64,000 nt of DNA, from assembly GCA_051362555.1 (NCBI GenBank), contig CM120646.1:23064001-23128000 (forward strand), written 5' to 3'. Below, piece by piece: positions 11,227 through 25,300 of this stretch; the first letter of the stretch is position 1, and each line of letters starts with the position of its first letter. Made by a program: the position numbers and the translations under genes. Under the pieces are notes generated by a model. The model was not told the DNA's origin. It made no database searches and saw nothing but the letters and a program-made list of their open reading frames with translations. This DNA comes from Lingula anatina. Taxonomy: Eukaryota; Animalia; Brachiopoda.

Positions 11227-13372
11227 ATGATGTCGACCTCGCTCACTGCATGCTTGGTAAGTACCGCTCAAGTGAGCGATGTTTGCTTTTTAGACTAGAT
11301 TTAAAAAATCTATAATATTATTTATTTATTTACATTTTTATCCATCATGTTACGTATTTTACAACTGGATTTTAGGCACGATCAAATATTTCCTTGAAAG
11401 AAGTATTTAAACATCACTTTTTCACAGGTTGTTTTACGTGTTTTATGAATTGATTCACATTCATTTTAAAGATTCACTTTTTACGTCTGTTAAAAGTGAA
11501 ACTAACACCATGAAAAACAATTTTTTTTGTATAAATTTCATTTTTTCTGAAATATTTTAATGCAGATATTTTCGTTCTGTTGTATGATAATTAGCAACCG
11601 TTCATCATTAAAATAGCTATAGTCGTCTATCAAAATACCAAGAAAGCATATACATGTAGATCAGAACGTGTTTCATCCAAAAAACAAAAAAAAAATCAAT
11701 CTGTATAACAAGCACCAAGACAAAAGCACCAATTAAGTGTAATTTTGGTGTTATTATCTTCAGATTTTGTCAAGTGCAGTATTCTTTACGTCTCATGCGT
11801 CATCCTCTGCAAACAAATCCGTGAAGAGCGTGACGCTGCAAGTTAAAGACGCTGAGCACCGCGTGACCAATTCTGTTAACTCCGGAGAGAAGGTTTATCT
11901 GGAAATAGCATCCATTGTCCGTAACGGTGAGAATAAATACTTTGGAACTGCAACAGTTAGATACATACAGAGATGAATAAAGATAAACAAGTTCAAGTAC
12001 ATAACTCTATTATTCTGTATTGCTGGTTGTTTTTCATAACAGCATCACTTTAACAATAAGTGCTAACCACCACACGCGATCACGAGTATTACCGCTGTAT
12101 CCACACGATCTTTAACGATAAATAGATTAATTATGTTTTCTATAGCTCAGAGATCTGTGTCTTGTAAAAGCCAGAGTCATATCTAGTAAAACATCAGTGT
12201 GTGACCCTGCTGGTGGGTTGTGTGGAAACATGTCAGCCCCGGGGGGAGGTGGGGGGGGGGGAGGGGGGTTCAGCGGTGCATCTGTGAGCGGTAATGCTAA
12301 TACTCGCGAGTGATAGTTAGAGAAAGGAAAGGAGATTATGTATGATAGATTTTAATATAAATTTTAAAATGCGTCAATTTCATGCATGTTTTTGAACCTT
12401 TAAATAATGTATACATTTGCACTCTCTAGTGCTATTCTAAATACTAAAATTGAAAATTGGCTGTGTTCGACATTTACAGAGGTCTCCCTGCTTTAACACT
12501 GGTCTTTATGAATAGGTATTGCACTGTAATAGACATATTTCGATTTCGTTGTTACCAATGCTATATATTGCACTTTAGCTACCTCCAGCGTAAAAGTGAA
12601 ATCGTGCCAGGTTGGTCCAACAGTGGAAACCATTGATCTGATCGGCGTCACCATTCTGGATTCTTAGTAAGACATAGAACGAACACTTGTATAACTTCAT
12701 TGCCTTCGAATGGGTCATTGCAAGAAAAAACTTGTGTATACGTACTTTATAGCCATGCTTTTTTTCACCGCAAACTATCAACTGTAAAATATGGATTATG
12801 AGACGACTTTTAGATTTCGAACGATTGTTTTTTGTTACGCCAAAAATATTGACATCGCGTAACAGTTCGGCAACTGTCGTCCCTTACTTGACAGGTTTCA
12901 CTTTCGTTTTCAGCTGTGGGACCTCTACTAGAGGTGTCTTTAGCAGTACGTCTGGTTTTGATGGGCTAACAGTGGACACAGCAGGGGCCGCGTGGGATGT
13001 CGCCCGATCTCCACTGTTTTCTGTGTTCACTTTTGCCGGCTACGATTCCCTGTTCACACGATGCCAGGTGGTTTTCTGTGTTCCCGGCAGGCAGGAGGCA
13101 TGCCTAACGGTATGTTCACTGGTTCTATCTCCAAGAACCAAATATAATATTGTTTCGATGTTTTAAAGGTGCCCTATCCAGGTTTTCTCACCAAATCGAA
13201 TTTCTCGAGACAGAAAGCAAATTTTCCTACTGACGATCCATTGCTCGACTCGTCCCTGAATTTGTGTTCGATGTTTTGTACCATTTCTAATTAACTAATT
13301 TAGTTAAAGTAAAATTGTCTTCCGACTAGTTTTGTATTTGCCACGCTTCGCTTTACAATTTTCGTGCACGCC

Positions 13373-13409
<37 letters not shown>

Positions 13410-14571
13410 TTTGCACAACCCTGGGTCCCTCTAAAGTTTGAGATCCACAGTTTGGAAAAACAGGACAATGTACAGAATTATTCGCGTTGTGAAAAATCTT
13501 CCTGACCTTACAGAGGGCAGTTTGATTTGGCTTCCCCAAATTTATAGATATTGATATGTAAAGCAGTTGTTACTGATACTTTTTTTATCGGATCAGACCA
13601 ATCAATGCACGGCCGCCACCGAGAACAGGACGAGAGATATCCTAGCCGAGAGTGAGGCAGATGAGACGGTACATGAGGTGTATGCGCTCGTCTCTGTTGC
13701 GCCTCAAAGTACTACCAGTGCGCCATACCATCCTTCAAGCCCTTTGGTACCACCTGCGACCAAACCTGCGACCGAGTCCGGTAAGGCGGCCTACACACAC
13801 TGGACAGTAGAAGTGTCACCTCCTGAATCAGAGTAATCAAAGTTATAAACCTGAAGAGGCGGAATATAAGCAATGTCAGAATATCGATACAGTTGAATTG
13901 TTCAGTCAGAACCGTTTCTTTTGTGAAATTTGATGTTAATAAAATGATACCAGAGGCATATCATTTCACAGTCATTTATCTCCCCAAACGTACTGGTTCA
14001 GTGGGGGTGACACTTCTATTGTCCAGAGTGTGCAAGTGGTGTGTCGGTGCATACTACGCGTACTAATAATCTCCCTAGAAACATTGGAAGAATTCGATCG
14101 AAAACGCATTTGAAGTAATTTTACCAAAATGCAGCTGAAAAAAACCGAGTGATTTTTGTTATTAATCAACTTAAGAAATTTAACATCACATAAAAAATTC
14201 AAAGTCGCTGAAATGCTGTTAAATATCTCCCAGAAGCGCCCCTTTCAAGCGTTTCCCAATTCACGTTCCTGTAACTAACAAATACATGCTGTGCCACTGT
14301 TAATGCTCATGTACGACAGAATATGATGGGCATACGGTATCCCCACAAATATTGATTTCGTATACGTATTTTCCTCCTTTCAGACCCAGCTTGGCTCACC
14401 ACAGTGACAGACATCTTGTTTTATGTCCTTGTTGTGTGCTGGTTCTTGGCTCTGATCATCCCCGCCTTTGGCACTGCCATCCTGATGTCAAAACTGAAGG
14501 CGGACGAGGTCAATGCTAAATCACTGGGAGAGAAGGCCAAAATACCCGATGCGGAATTTCATATAATATAA
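11227..14571 (+). CDS. Type-I membrane protein with a ZP-C-like domain, about 282 aa (exons 11227-11256, 11764-11926, 12579-12666, 12914-13109, 13597-13780, 14384-14571)
   Basis: Phase-consistent GT-AG splicing gives signal peptide MMSTSLTACLILSSAVFFTSHA, then VNSGEKVYLEI...VKVKSCQVGP...ILDSYCG...ARSPLFSVFTFAGYDSLFTRCQVVFC...C...C (ZP-C-type strand and Cys pattern), NRTRD, hydrophobic patch VHEVYALVSV, an S/T/P stalk, TM helix ILFYVLVVCWFLALIIPAFGTAILM and a short tail. AATAAA at 14734. The gene model is solid; the ZP-C call is by motif recognition only. Confidence 0.75.
13373..13409 (+). repeat. Poly-C tract
   Basis: About 36 consecutive C in an intron of the ZP-like gene. Confidence 0.9.
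13794..14032. mobile_element. Small TIR element in an intron of the ZP-like gene
   Basis: cacactggacagtagaagtgtcacc near 13796 is an imperfect inverted repeat of ggtgacacttctattgtccagagtgtg near 14006-14032. Confidence 0.55.
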
Positions 14572-15480
14572 TGGGTTATGTTATTAAAGGACACCGTAAA
14601 GCTGCAGCTGTTTTGGTCATGGATATAGAGCACTTGTAAATCGTGCATGTGTCGGTGGAATCGATCCTGTACAAAGAGAGATGATTGAAAATGTGTGACA
14701 TAGCTTATATTTAACATATAATCCAATTTTAGAAATAAAGGACAAGCGAGGGACCAAAATAGGACTCTTTCAGCTTATTTTGCTGATGTTAAAACAATGA
14801 TTTGATCAAAATGACCTATGTGATAGTAATTAAAAAAATTCACCGCCATCAGGCCAAGAAAGTTTCAAATCTTGAAAGGTATTACAAACGGGTTATCATT
14901 CCAAAAGCCAGGCAATGTAGGCCTACTCGTCATATGCCCCTCGAAAACAAGTGTGATTTTCATCTTTGGCTTACAACAATTTATATATTCATTTACGGAC
15001 TTATTAAAAGGAGAATTTACATGCTGTTTTTTGTTGTTTTTTTTTTAAATTATTTCCTTTTGCAAAGAAGTTAACATGTTTTTCAACGAGTATTTACAAC
15101 TCACCAGTGGGCCATATTTGTTTTATTGTATAAATACAACGTACATTCACATGATATGTAACATAAGACATCACAAAATATACATCAGCGTCTTTGATGA
15201 GCTTAACTTTTGATAAGTTCTGTACAGTTTTAAGACTGACGTCTTTGAAAAAAATCCCTACCTTATAGATATCGTATTAATTACTAAACCATCTACTCCC
15301 GAAGATTTGATTTAAAACATTTACATTTGATTAATACTCGTAGAAATCAATACCTTTTTATCTATCTTTTAAATTATTCGCATTCAAAGCAGCAAGCATG
15401 CGGTAGTGAGTGGTTTCTCAACTTAAAGAGTTCGATTCATTGCCGTAATAAAGTCTTTTCACAATCACGACAAGCCGTTA

Positions 15481-15734
15481 TCAGGTCCTGCTATTTGGGC
15501 CTACTGCTGGAAATGGATTTGGGTTTAGTGGCTGTGGTCCTTGGTTTCCAGACACTCCAGGGAGGTTCTTGGGAATATAGCCGAAGCTTCCGCATCGTCC
15601 ACCAGCGCATGGGAATGGGCCGCCTCCGCCACAAGGTAGACATTTCATAGCCATGGAGTAAAACGGCCCGCAGGGGTAGCACATGGGGTACGGGCCGACC
15701 GTGACATTAAATTGGCCGCCCATACCAGAACCGT
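15481..15734 (-). other. Collagen A C-terminal Cys-rich non-collagenous domain (last exon)
   Basis: [52 protein letters not shown]...; aligns with the C-terminus of collagen B. Confidence 0.85.
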
Positions 15735-16233
15735 CTGTAATAAAAATAAAGAATCCTTTAGTCTAAAATTGGTCTTTTTCATGAGACTAAAAGTTCGATT
15801 AAAGATGCTGTAAATCTGTAGAGGTCCTGTGAAATTAAATAATCAATAATCTGAAATTTAGTCATTTTACTTTGGTAAAACAGGATAGTTTCCTCACTCA
15901 TTACTTCTGATTTGCATTGGGTCAGAGTAAAAAAAAAGTACGGAATTAACCTGCCAAAAATGAACCATTAAACATTCCTGTCTTTCGGTGAAGACAGTTA
16001 GGCTATACCTTCTAACTTGTAGCTTCTTTTGCAAAAGAGCTCGTATAAAGTTGATCTTTAGTATGGATCATTAGTAGTCAAACATTGAAAGACTATTTGA
16101 AATTCAAATTTTATTTGAAAGGCCGATTAAGACTACTGTTTGAAATAATCCGTGTAAAGATCAGTGCTCTGGTGTACGAAGGATGTATACTCCCACCACT
16201 TTTGATCGACTACCTCATCTGTGGTCCATAATG

Positions 16234-16304
<71 letters not shown>

Positions 16305-19300
16305 TGTCACCACTATAATAAGATCCTACGTACCTGCGCCGGCTGGACCTGTTGGACCGGTAGGGCCTTGTGGACCAGCTGGACCAGTGGCTCCACCTGA
16401 CCTGCCTGCTGGACCCGTGGGTCCTTGTGGACCTCTAGGACCACCCGGTCCTGCTGCACCTGCTGGGCCTGCTGGACCTAAATACCAATGATATCACATT
16501 GAATAAAATACATCCAGTTTTCAAAGCATCATGCGCACATATGTAGGCCTATAATGTCTATAACCGATCATGATAAACGGTTGGTATATAATAAGTGACT
16601 GGGACTTTTTTTTCTCAAAATTATTTTCACTAGGCTTATACTCTTGCCGACAAGAACGTGGTGCGTCACGAAAAACAGACACATCACATCTACGGAACCC
16701 ACCGCACCCTGGTGGCACATTGATTTTTTAAAGTACACCGATGGACGCTTGAAGACATGTTAAGTAATTGTGTTTCCCATCACTCTTCCTTACCTCTCGG
16801 ACCTGGTCCCCCAGCAGGACCTCGTGCTCCTGCTGGTCCACGGGCACCTGCTGGTCCTCTGTCCCCGGCAGGACCTGTAGCGCCAGGTGGTCCTCGACCT
16901 CCTGCTCCAGGACGACCTTGTGGACCTGTGTCTCCCTTAGGTCCGGCTGGGCCCACTCCACTTCCGGCAGGACCTCTCGGACCTGGGTCTCCCTTAGGTC
17001 CAGCTGGGCCTGGAATGTAGTTCGTATGTGGAGAAAATTTAATAAGACATATATAGAAATAACACAATAAGGTGCCGAAAAATAAGTAAAGAAACAAGCT
17101 GTTTCAAAAAATGAATGAATAAATATGAATAAACTAAGGTCCATTGTATGTTTGCTTGATAAAAAGACTAAAAAAGTGGTCAGTAATTACAAAAATGTTA
17201 ATAGCAAATACTCCTGTATATTTTCTAGATACATGTTATCCTGGTTTTCTAGATATTTTAGTGTTGAACTCACCTGCCGGTCCTCTGCCAGATTCTCCAG
17301 TTCTACCTTGTGGTCCTCTTGGTCCAGTGTTTCCGCGTGGACCTAGAAATCAATAACCCATGTCAGCTCTCCACCGAACCGTACAGGTTTTATATCATCC
17401 TAGAAACTTTTACAGTTTTGGATGTATAAGGAATGCAGTAGGACAAATAGTATAGTCTAAGAAGCAGAACAATCAGCTTACACTGGATAAGAAATTTCTG
17501 TCAAAAACATTTCCTGCATCTAAGTTACTCTTACCCGCTGGTCCAGCCGGTCCAGCTGGGCCCCTAGCACCTCTTGATCCTGCTGGACCTCTAGGTCCGT
17601 CAGCGCCTGCGTTACCCTTGGCACCAGCTGGTCCTTGCGGTCCGGTTGGACCTACGCTTCCTACGCCAGCAGCTCCGGCTGGACCCCTGGGGCCTGTCGC
17701 ACCCGGGCGGCCATCAGCACCATCCCTGCCTAAGAAAAACAATTATGTTTACCGGTTAGTTTATTAATAAACATCTTTTGATCAACGGGGCCAGCGGCTA
17801 GATGTCTAGGTTCTTGTCGATATTTGTCAACTGCCGTGTTGACCACTTTTAATTTGCCACTACTGCTGTTGTATACCCGTAGGCCCCCTAATTTACGGAT
17901 TCATATTATCATTATGGCCATTATTGGATCTTTACAGTGAATCTGTTATGCTGGTCTTTGTGCAGTTTGCCTACCTGCAGCACCAGCTGGTCCTCTAGGT
18001 CCAGGATTTCCGGCAGGACCACGTGCGCCAGCTGGGCCTCGGGGGCCTGCTGGTCCAGATCCTCGTGGACCTGCTGGACCGGTGGGACCTTGGTTACCTA
18101 AATGATGAGGAAAACAATGGCATATATAACTGTAAATACAATATATCATTTCATAAGGACAACACGGCATTTTATCTGATCAATAAGTAAGTGACATTTG
18201 GTGAATAATTTTAAATTTGTCGACGTAGAAAAAAAGTAATGAATGAAAACAGATGAAGGCAAAATGCTACAAATAAAAACTTTTTAGCGGAACAGCACAT
18301 TCAAGGATTACCCACGGTATCTAATATATATTCATAATCACCATATCAACTATACATGTATGGCCTTTTTGTCATTTTGTCACCTGTGTATTTACTCAAG
18401 AGTGCCGTTTAAATAGTAACATAGAAAAATGTTGGACATTTTTCACCTTTAGGTCCTGCGTCTCCTCTGGCACCTGCTGGTCCTCTTGCACCAGGAGCGC
18501 CATTACTGCCTGGTCTACCTGCGGGTCCCCTGGGGCCTGTTGGGCCGTCACGCCCTCTACCTAGTAGACACAGAAACAAATGTCTTATTAAAACGTGTAT
18601 CTCCAGTGTCTTGCAAATGACGTGGTAGGACACAGCGGCGTCTCTGCATTGACACCCAATTTGTACCAGTCCAGAAGATCTTAATACCTTCAGTATTTGT
18701 GTGCATAAGGAGCTGTACACGATATAGAATTCATGCAAAAATGATTGTGTAGGGTAAAGCATCATTGTTGGAATGTATATTTAGTATGACTTCCATAAAT
18801 CTAATACAAATGTTGCCAAGCACCCGTTCATGCCATACACATAGCCTATTTCATATATTTAAAAAACACAACTCTAATGTCCTCCGTTAAAAGTATCCAA
18901 GTTAGCTGGATCTCCCACGTAATTTGCTAAGACGTAGGTGTTAATTACCTGAGTCTCCTGCAGGACCTCTCGGTCCTTGTGGGCCAGTGGGGCCAGCTGC
19001 TCCTGGTCGACCGTCAGTTCCAGCTCGTCCAGCGGGACCAGCCGGACCGGCGGGACCTCGGGCGCCGTCATTGCCTCTTGCACCGGCGGGACCTGACGGT
19101 GAATTGTTAACAGTGATCTTTCTCTTCAAATGAAATCTACTTAAGCTTAGTGTGCACAACATGCACATCATAAACGAAAAACACAGTAAAGCAGAATGGT
19201 TGGGTAAATAAAAAATAATTATTTATATAATAGTTTATTGTTCCTTACTGTTGACAGTGGCAATTTTCGTACGACAAAAAGATATTTTCTTTAAGCTATT

Positions 19301-22300
19301 GTTTGCAAACATCCTCCCAAGCAGCACTTGCGCCATAAAATAACTTCATATGAATAAAAGATAATACAAGACCCACCTCGCGGTCCGGCGGCACCCGGTC
19401 TACCGTCGGCTCCGTCACGTCCTGCGGGCCCCCTAGCGCCAGCGGGACCTCTTGCCCCAGCGGCGCCTGCTGGACCACGGGCACCTGTCGGACCTTGTGC
19501 TCCTTTAGGACCAGTGGGTCCTACTACAACACGGCCGCTGCCTGTTGGACCTGAACAATGAAATACGGTATAAGTCAGTACATGCTGCTTGAAATTGTGA
19601 TATCTATCAATATGTTTCTCTATGTTGCAAGCTCAGATAGTGTGACATGTTTATTGCGAAGTATACGAACGTTGCTGACAACGTCTATGCAAGCAGATAA
19701 GCTAAGAAAATGTATTCGGACCTACGTACAACGAAAGAGTGGATGAAGGCTGTGGCAGCAATGGTAGTCCTAGGAATGGAAGTCTGGGGCCCCATATGAT
19801 AAGTGCAAGTTAGGGTTAGTTGGTGTAAATGGGACGAATGTCACCTGTACAAAGTACTGGGGAACGGACTACGGTTCCTAGCGGACTACCATTTTTGTAA
19901 CACCGTTTTTAAACACTTAAAACACAACAATTTTTGTTACCCACCGTACTTATTACCCATACAACTACAGATTGACTTGGAAAGTCAAAATAACCCGTCC
20001 CCCGGGCATATTCTCACCTGTAGGACCAGCGGGGCCAGTAGCGCCATCTCTACCATTGCGACCATCGGCACCTGCAGGACCACGAGGTCCGGCGGGACCA
20101 GCTGGTCCTCTAGCTCCGTCACTTCCTGGTCTTCCTGCCGCACCTGCTGGGCCACGTGCACCAGCTGGACCGGTCGCACCTGGTCGACCGACTCCTGGGC
20201 TACCAGCAGCACCTCTGGAATAGATTGACACACAATGTGAACTTGCTTTATGACTTATATACGATAACGAACATGCTAGAGTTTGGCCTTTTTAACTCTT
20301 TATAGTCATTTTACGGTGGACACTAAGAATAAGAAGAACATGTCTATAGCTATCCAATTCTCTGACGTTTTGATGCAATTCAAGTTTGGAATGTGACAGA
20401 TCACGTTAGTACATGGATATATCTTTTCAAATGTGAACATCATTTTTGCATTTTAACCGAAATTGAACAAAATTCGAATTCAAAGATTTACCTTGCTCCT
20501 GCTGGTCCGGCAGGTCCTCTGGCGCCAGCTGGTCCTGCGGCACCAGCCGGGCCTGCGGGACCTGTAGCGCCTGGTCTGCCGTCACGACCAGCGGCTCCAC
20601 GAGCTCCAGCTGCGCCTGCTGGTCCAGGCGGACCTCTTGCACCGTCTGCACCTCTGGGTCCTGCGGCGCCTCTGGCACCAGCCGCACCTTACCGAGAAAA
20701 AGAACAAACAAGCAATAACTACGCTATTGGGAGTTTTCATGTATTAATGATAAAAGGACAGACTGATAAAATAAGCCCATGAAATGAGGTCATAATTTTT
20801 TTAAATAGTGAAAAGATGGACCAAACGCTTATCTGCGATCAGAAATATTTCTTACCTGCTGGACCTCTTGGTCCAGTTGCACCGGGTCTTCCTGGAGCGC
20901 CTGATCCCGCCGGACCTCTCGGACCTGCAGGTCCTGTCGGTCCTCTTGGACCTGTGGCGCCTGGTCTTCCGTCTGTACCGTCGCTGCCTCTAGCGCCAGT
21001 AGCGCCGTTTCTTCCAGCTGGACCGGCCGGCCCAGCAGGACCTGCTGGGCCCCTCGCGCCTGCTGTTCCTGCTGGACCTCTCGCGCCTGCTTGGCCTGCT
21101 GGACCTCGGGCACCTGCTGGACCTCTGTCTCCTTTGGCTCCTGGGGCACCGTCTTTGCCTGGGGCACCTGCTGCTCCTGCTGGCCCTCTGGCACCGGCCG
21201 GTCCTCTAGCTCCGTCAGAACCATCTCTACCACGGGCACCAGTTGGACCAGTTGCCCCTGGCCTTCCAGCTCCTGCTGGCCCTCTAGCGCCTGCTGGACC
21301 AGTTGCACCTCTTGCACCAGCAGGCCCTGCTGGACCTGTGGCACCATCACGGCCATCTCTACCAGCAGCTCCAGCTGGACCTCGAGCTCCTGCGGGTCCT
21401 CTTGCACCTGCTGCACCTGCTGAGCCAGGTCTGCCTGCTGCACCACGAGCTCCGGCGGGACCTGCTGGTCCTCTAGCACCTGCAGGTCCCCTTGGGCCTG
21501 CATCTCCTTTTGGTCCAGCTGGTCCAGCGGGTCCGGCAGGACCTCTAGCACCAGCACTTCCGTCAGCGCCCCTAGCTCCAGCGGGCCCTCTTGGACCTGC
21601 TGCTCCAGCTGGTCCAGCGGCACCTCGAGCACCTGCTGCTCCTGCTGCTCCCGCTGGTCCACGGGCTCCTGTTGCACCTGGCGATCCTCTGGCTCCTGCT
21701 GCTCCTCGTGCCCCTGCTGGTCCTCTGGGCCCTGTAGGACCTTGTCCTCCTGCGGGTCCTCTTGCTCCAGCAGGACCAGCTGGGCCAGCTGGACCTGTGG
21801 CACCAGCTGGTCCTCTGGCACCTGCGCTTCCTGGTCTGCCGTCACTTCCAGCAGCGCCTGCTGGTCCAGCTGGTCCTGCTGGCCCTCTTGCGCCTGCGGG
21901 TCCTCGTGCACCTGCTGGCCCTCGTGGACCTGCTGGTCCAGCTGGTCCTCTATCTCCCTGAGCACCTGCTCTGCCGTTTGCACCTGCAGCTCCCCTTGGA
22001 CCTGGCGCTCCTGGTGCGCCGTCTCTGCCTGGAGTACCGCGGTCTCCCTTGTCACCTGTGGAAAAAAGTTGCTACTATATTGTCAAGTGCCAGCTTACAA
22101 AGACATTTTTATTCATGTTACAATGTAATACTCAAGTGACTAAGCTACACAGATACTACCTGTACGTTATACCTAGCAGAACAATATCTGTCTTAACAGA
22201 TTAAAATTGATCTATAATTAACTTAACTAATATGCTTATAACTTTTACTTTCGTGCATTTACAAATCTCACAAAGGCTGCTATATGTGATGGTATTACGT

Positions 22301-25300
22301 AGATTTTTAACAGAGACAGGTTGGCTAGATTGACGTGTTATTGATTAACGTTAAATATATAAGAAATCCTCATATACCTTGCGGTCCACGTGGACCTGGT
22401 CCGCCAGCTGGACCTCGAGCGCCAGCCGCACCTGCTGGGCCTCGCGCTCCCTGGGCACCGTTTGCACCCCGGGGTCCTGTGGGTCCTGGAGGAAGGGGAA
22501 AAATAACACATTGCTGAGAAATCAGATTCGGCGCATTTATTTTGACAGACAGAGGAATAACATTTAGCGATGTCCTGGATGAGGAGGAAAATAACACATT
22601 GCCGGATTTTGCCCCTTTATTTTGACAGACAGGCGTTTAATATCCAAAAAGAATATCATTTAGTGTGAACCAGGAATTACTGTAGTAGTACGTCTACAGG
22701 ATTATGTAAAAAGTCCGAAAAATATTACGCTTTTTTAAAAATATGATGGCAATACGCTCCACCGTAGAGTTTCAGGAACTGGAAAATCTAGTACATGTTG
22801 GTAGCTGTGGTGCAAGAACAGGTCTGTTGACCACATTTACGATATTGTTTACGTCCAACACAACGCATATCATAATCAGAAATCACAACGTATATATATG
22901 TTCCCTTACCTGGTGGTCCAGCAGAACCCGTTCTTCCTGCCGCACCACGATCTCCCTGGGGTCCTGCTGGTCCTCTTGCACCTGGACGTCCATCAGTTCC
23001 ATCGCTTCCTCTGGCTCCTGTAGCTCCAGGAGCACCTGCTGGTCCGCGGGCGCCAGTTGCACCTGCTGGGCCACGAGCTCCAGCTGGTCCCCTAGCACCA
23101 GTTGCTCCTGCGGAACCTCTTGGACCTGAGGGAAAGATGGGCAGTTTGAAGCCAATGTCGATAAAACTATAGGGTCTGATAAGATACAGTCGTACCTCTT
23201 TTTTGGTAAGCAGGGTGGGGATGTCTCTACAGTCGTGTGTTCATTCACTATATATAAATCGTGATGTTTGAATCTCAGAAAGAACATGACAACGTGTCTA
23301 CTGGTTAACATTCTATGACATATTTTTATTTCCGGATGTTGTATTTTTGCTTTCCTTATCAGTTATTGGTTTTTATTTTATTTATCAAATTTTTAAATAA
23401 TATTCATTTTTCTCTTTCGTTCGCCGCTCATTCTCAAGTAACATTACCCATGCTAATGCAAATATTCCTAACCAATATCAGCAATCAGCACTCACCGGCA
23501 GGTCCGTCATTTCCACGAGCACCTGGTCGTCCGTCATTTCCTCTAGCTCCGGCTGGACCACGAGGACCTGCGGGTCCTGCTGGACCTCTGTCACCTGCTG
23601 GCCCACGTGCTCCCGGGGCTCCATTAGCTCCTCTACTACCTGCAGGTCCGGCTGGGCCAGTAGCACCTGGAACAAAGCCATAATTCCAGTACAGTGGCTT
23701 AGTATTAGAGTGTATGAAGTATTGAAAATTGAGTGTATGAAGACTTAATCTGCTTGTGTTTTCTCCTATTAGCGTTTTTCTCCTACCTTAGCTGTATTTG
23801 AGCAGCATGTAACAGATGCTGCTCAAATAAAAGGCACACTTGATTGTTTTTCTTACGGATTAAATCTCCAAAGCCTAATTTACAGTATTTATTTATTGCC
23901 CTTTAATGAATAATTGACACTGTATACGCTTCATGCATCATCAATGTACAGTCGCACCTGCTGGTCCTCTTGCTCCGGCGGGTCCTCTAGCCCCAGTGGC
24001 ACCTGGTCTGCCTGCACTACCAGCGGCACCAGCCGCACCTCTAGGACCTGCGGGACCTGCCGCTCCTCTGGCACCGGCTGGACCTGTCGGACCTTGGGGT
24101 CCTCTTGGTCCTGCTGGACCTGCAGGACCTGTGAATAGAAATAAGGATAGAAATAGTTGTTGTTTTAGTGTCGTATTCATAACCACGGTGCAAAGACTGT
24201 CCTCTATTCTACAAGGCGTTTTCGGATACTTCCAGAATAAACAACTTTGCACACCATCTATATTAAACTGACAGTACGTAGATTTCTTGTCGTTGTATCA
24301 TTAGGCTTCATTAGGCTTCTCCAAATACTTCACAAACAAATACAATGAACTTCACCAGTAACAAACATATATGTTACGCAAATTCTTGGCGTAATAGCAA
24401 TCTATAACATTCAAAAAGAAAAAGAAAAGAAAAAGAAAAAACATCAAAAGACCCATACCTGCTGGACCTCTTGGGCCAGTGGGGCCTGTGGCACCTGGTC
24501 GTCCATCTGATCCGTCCCGTCCAGGTCTGCCTGCGCTGCCCGCTGGACCTCTTGCGCCAGCTGCTCCTGCTGCACCGTTAGCCCCTGCTGGTCCTCTGGC
24601 ACCGGTTGCGCCAGCAGGACCAGCTGGACCCGCGGGTCCTGTTGCTCCCTGTGCACCACGGGCACCTGCAAGTAATATGTAGAGAGAAGCTGCTGTTTTA
24701 ACAGTTAAGGCAAGGCCTGGTTGGAATTAATACTGCTTGTTATATTTTAATAATTAATTTATTATTAATTTATTAAAATACCAATTCAGCCGATTGGCTG
24801 TGAAAAGCTACTGGAAGGATAAAAGGCATACTCTGTGAATAATACGAAACTGACGGCGAGCGAACACAAACCTGGAGCTCCGTCAGCTCCTCTTGGGCCA
24901 GTGGCACCATTTCTTCCTGCAGCACCTGCCGGGCCAGCTGGACCTGCTGGGCCTGCTGGACCACGTGCTCCATTAGCTCCGTCAGCACCTCTAGGACCTG
25001 CTGGACCTGCTGGGCCGGGACTTCCTGCTGGTCCTCGGCTGCCGTCGTTACCTGGGCGTCCGGCGGGACCTCGGGGTCCAGTTGCACCTGCTGGACCTGT
25101 AGTAGAGAAAACGAAAATTTACGCCTCAAGTGTAATTTTTTTTTTGCAATATGAAATCATAAAAATATGAGTGCACTGTGGAAGTGTTTTTCTAAAAAAC
25201 TCCACCTGGTAGTAAGTATAATTGCTAGTATGTCTATATGCTTAGAAAACGACAACAGATTTAAATGTACAGGGCCGTTGTATAACTTTAAGTTTAGTGT

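Noticed and set aside
12146-12500. Alternative acceptors (12146, 12480) for exon 3 of the ZP-like gene
   Set aside because: Both hit stop codons within a few codons in the required phase, whereas 12579 keeps the frame and the Cys pattern.
20816-21961. Long + strand ORF reading like collagen ([10 protein letters not shown]...), and similar ones at 41291-44209 and over many small exons
   Set aside because: Antisense shadow: Gly (GGN) and Pro (CCN) codons are reverse-complement partners. Splice signals and perfect Gly periodicity are on the minus strand.
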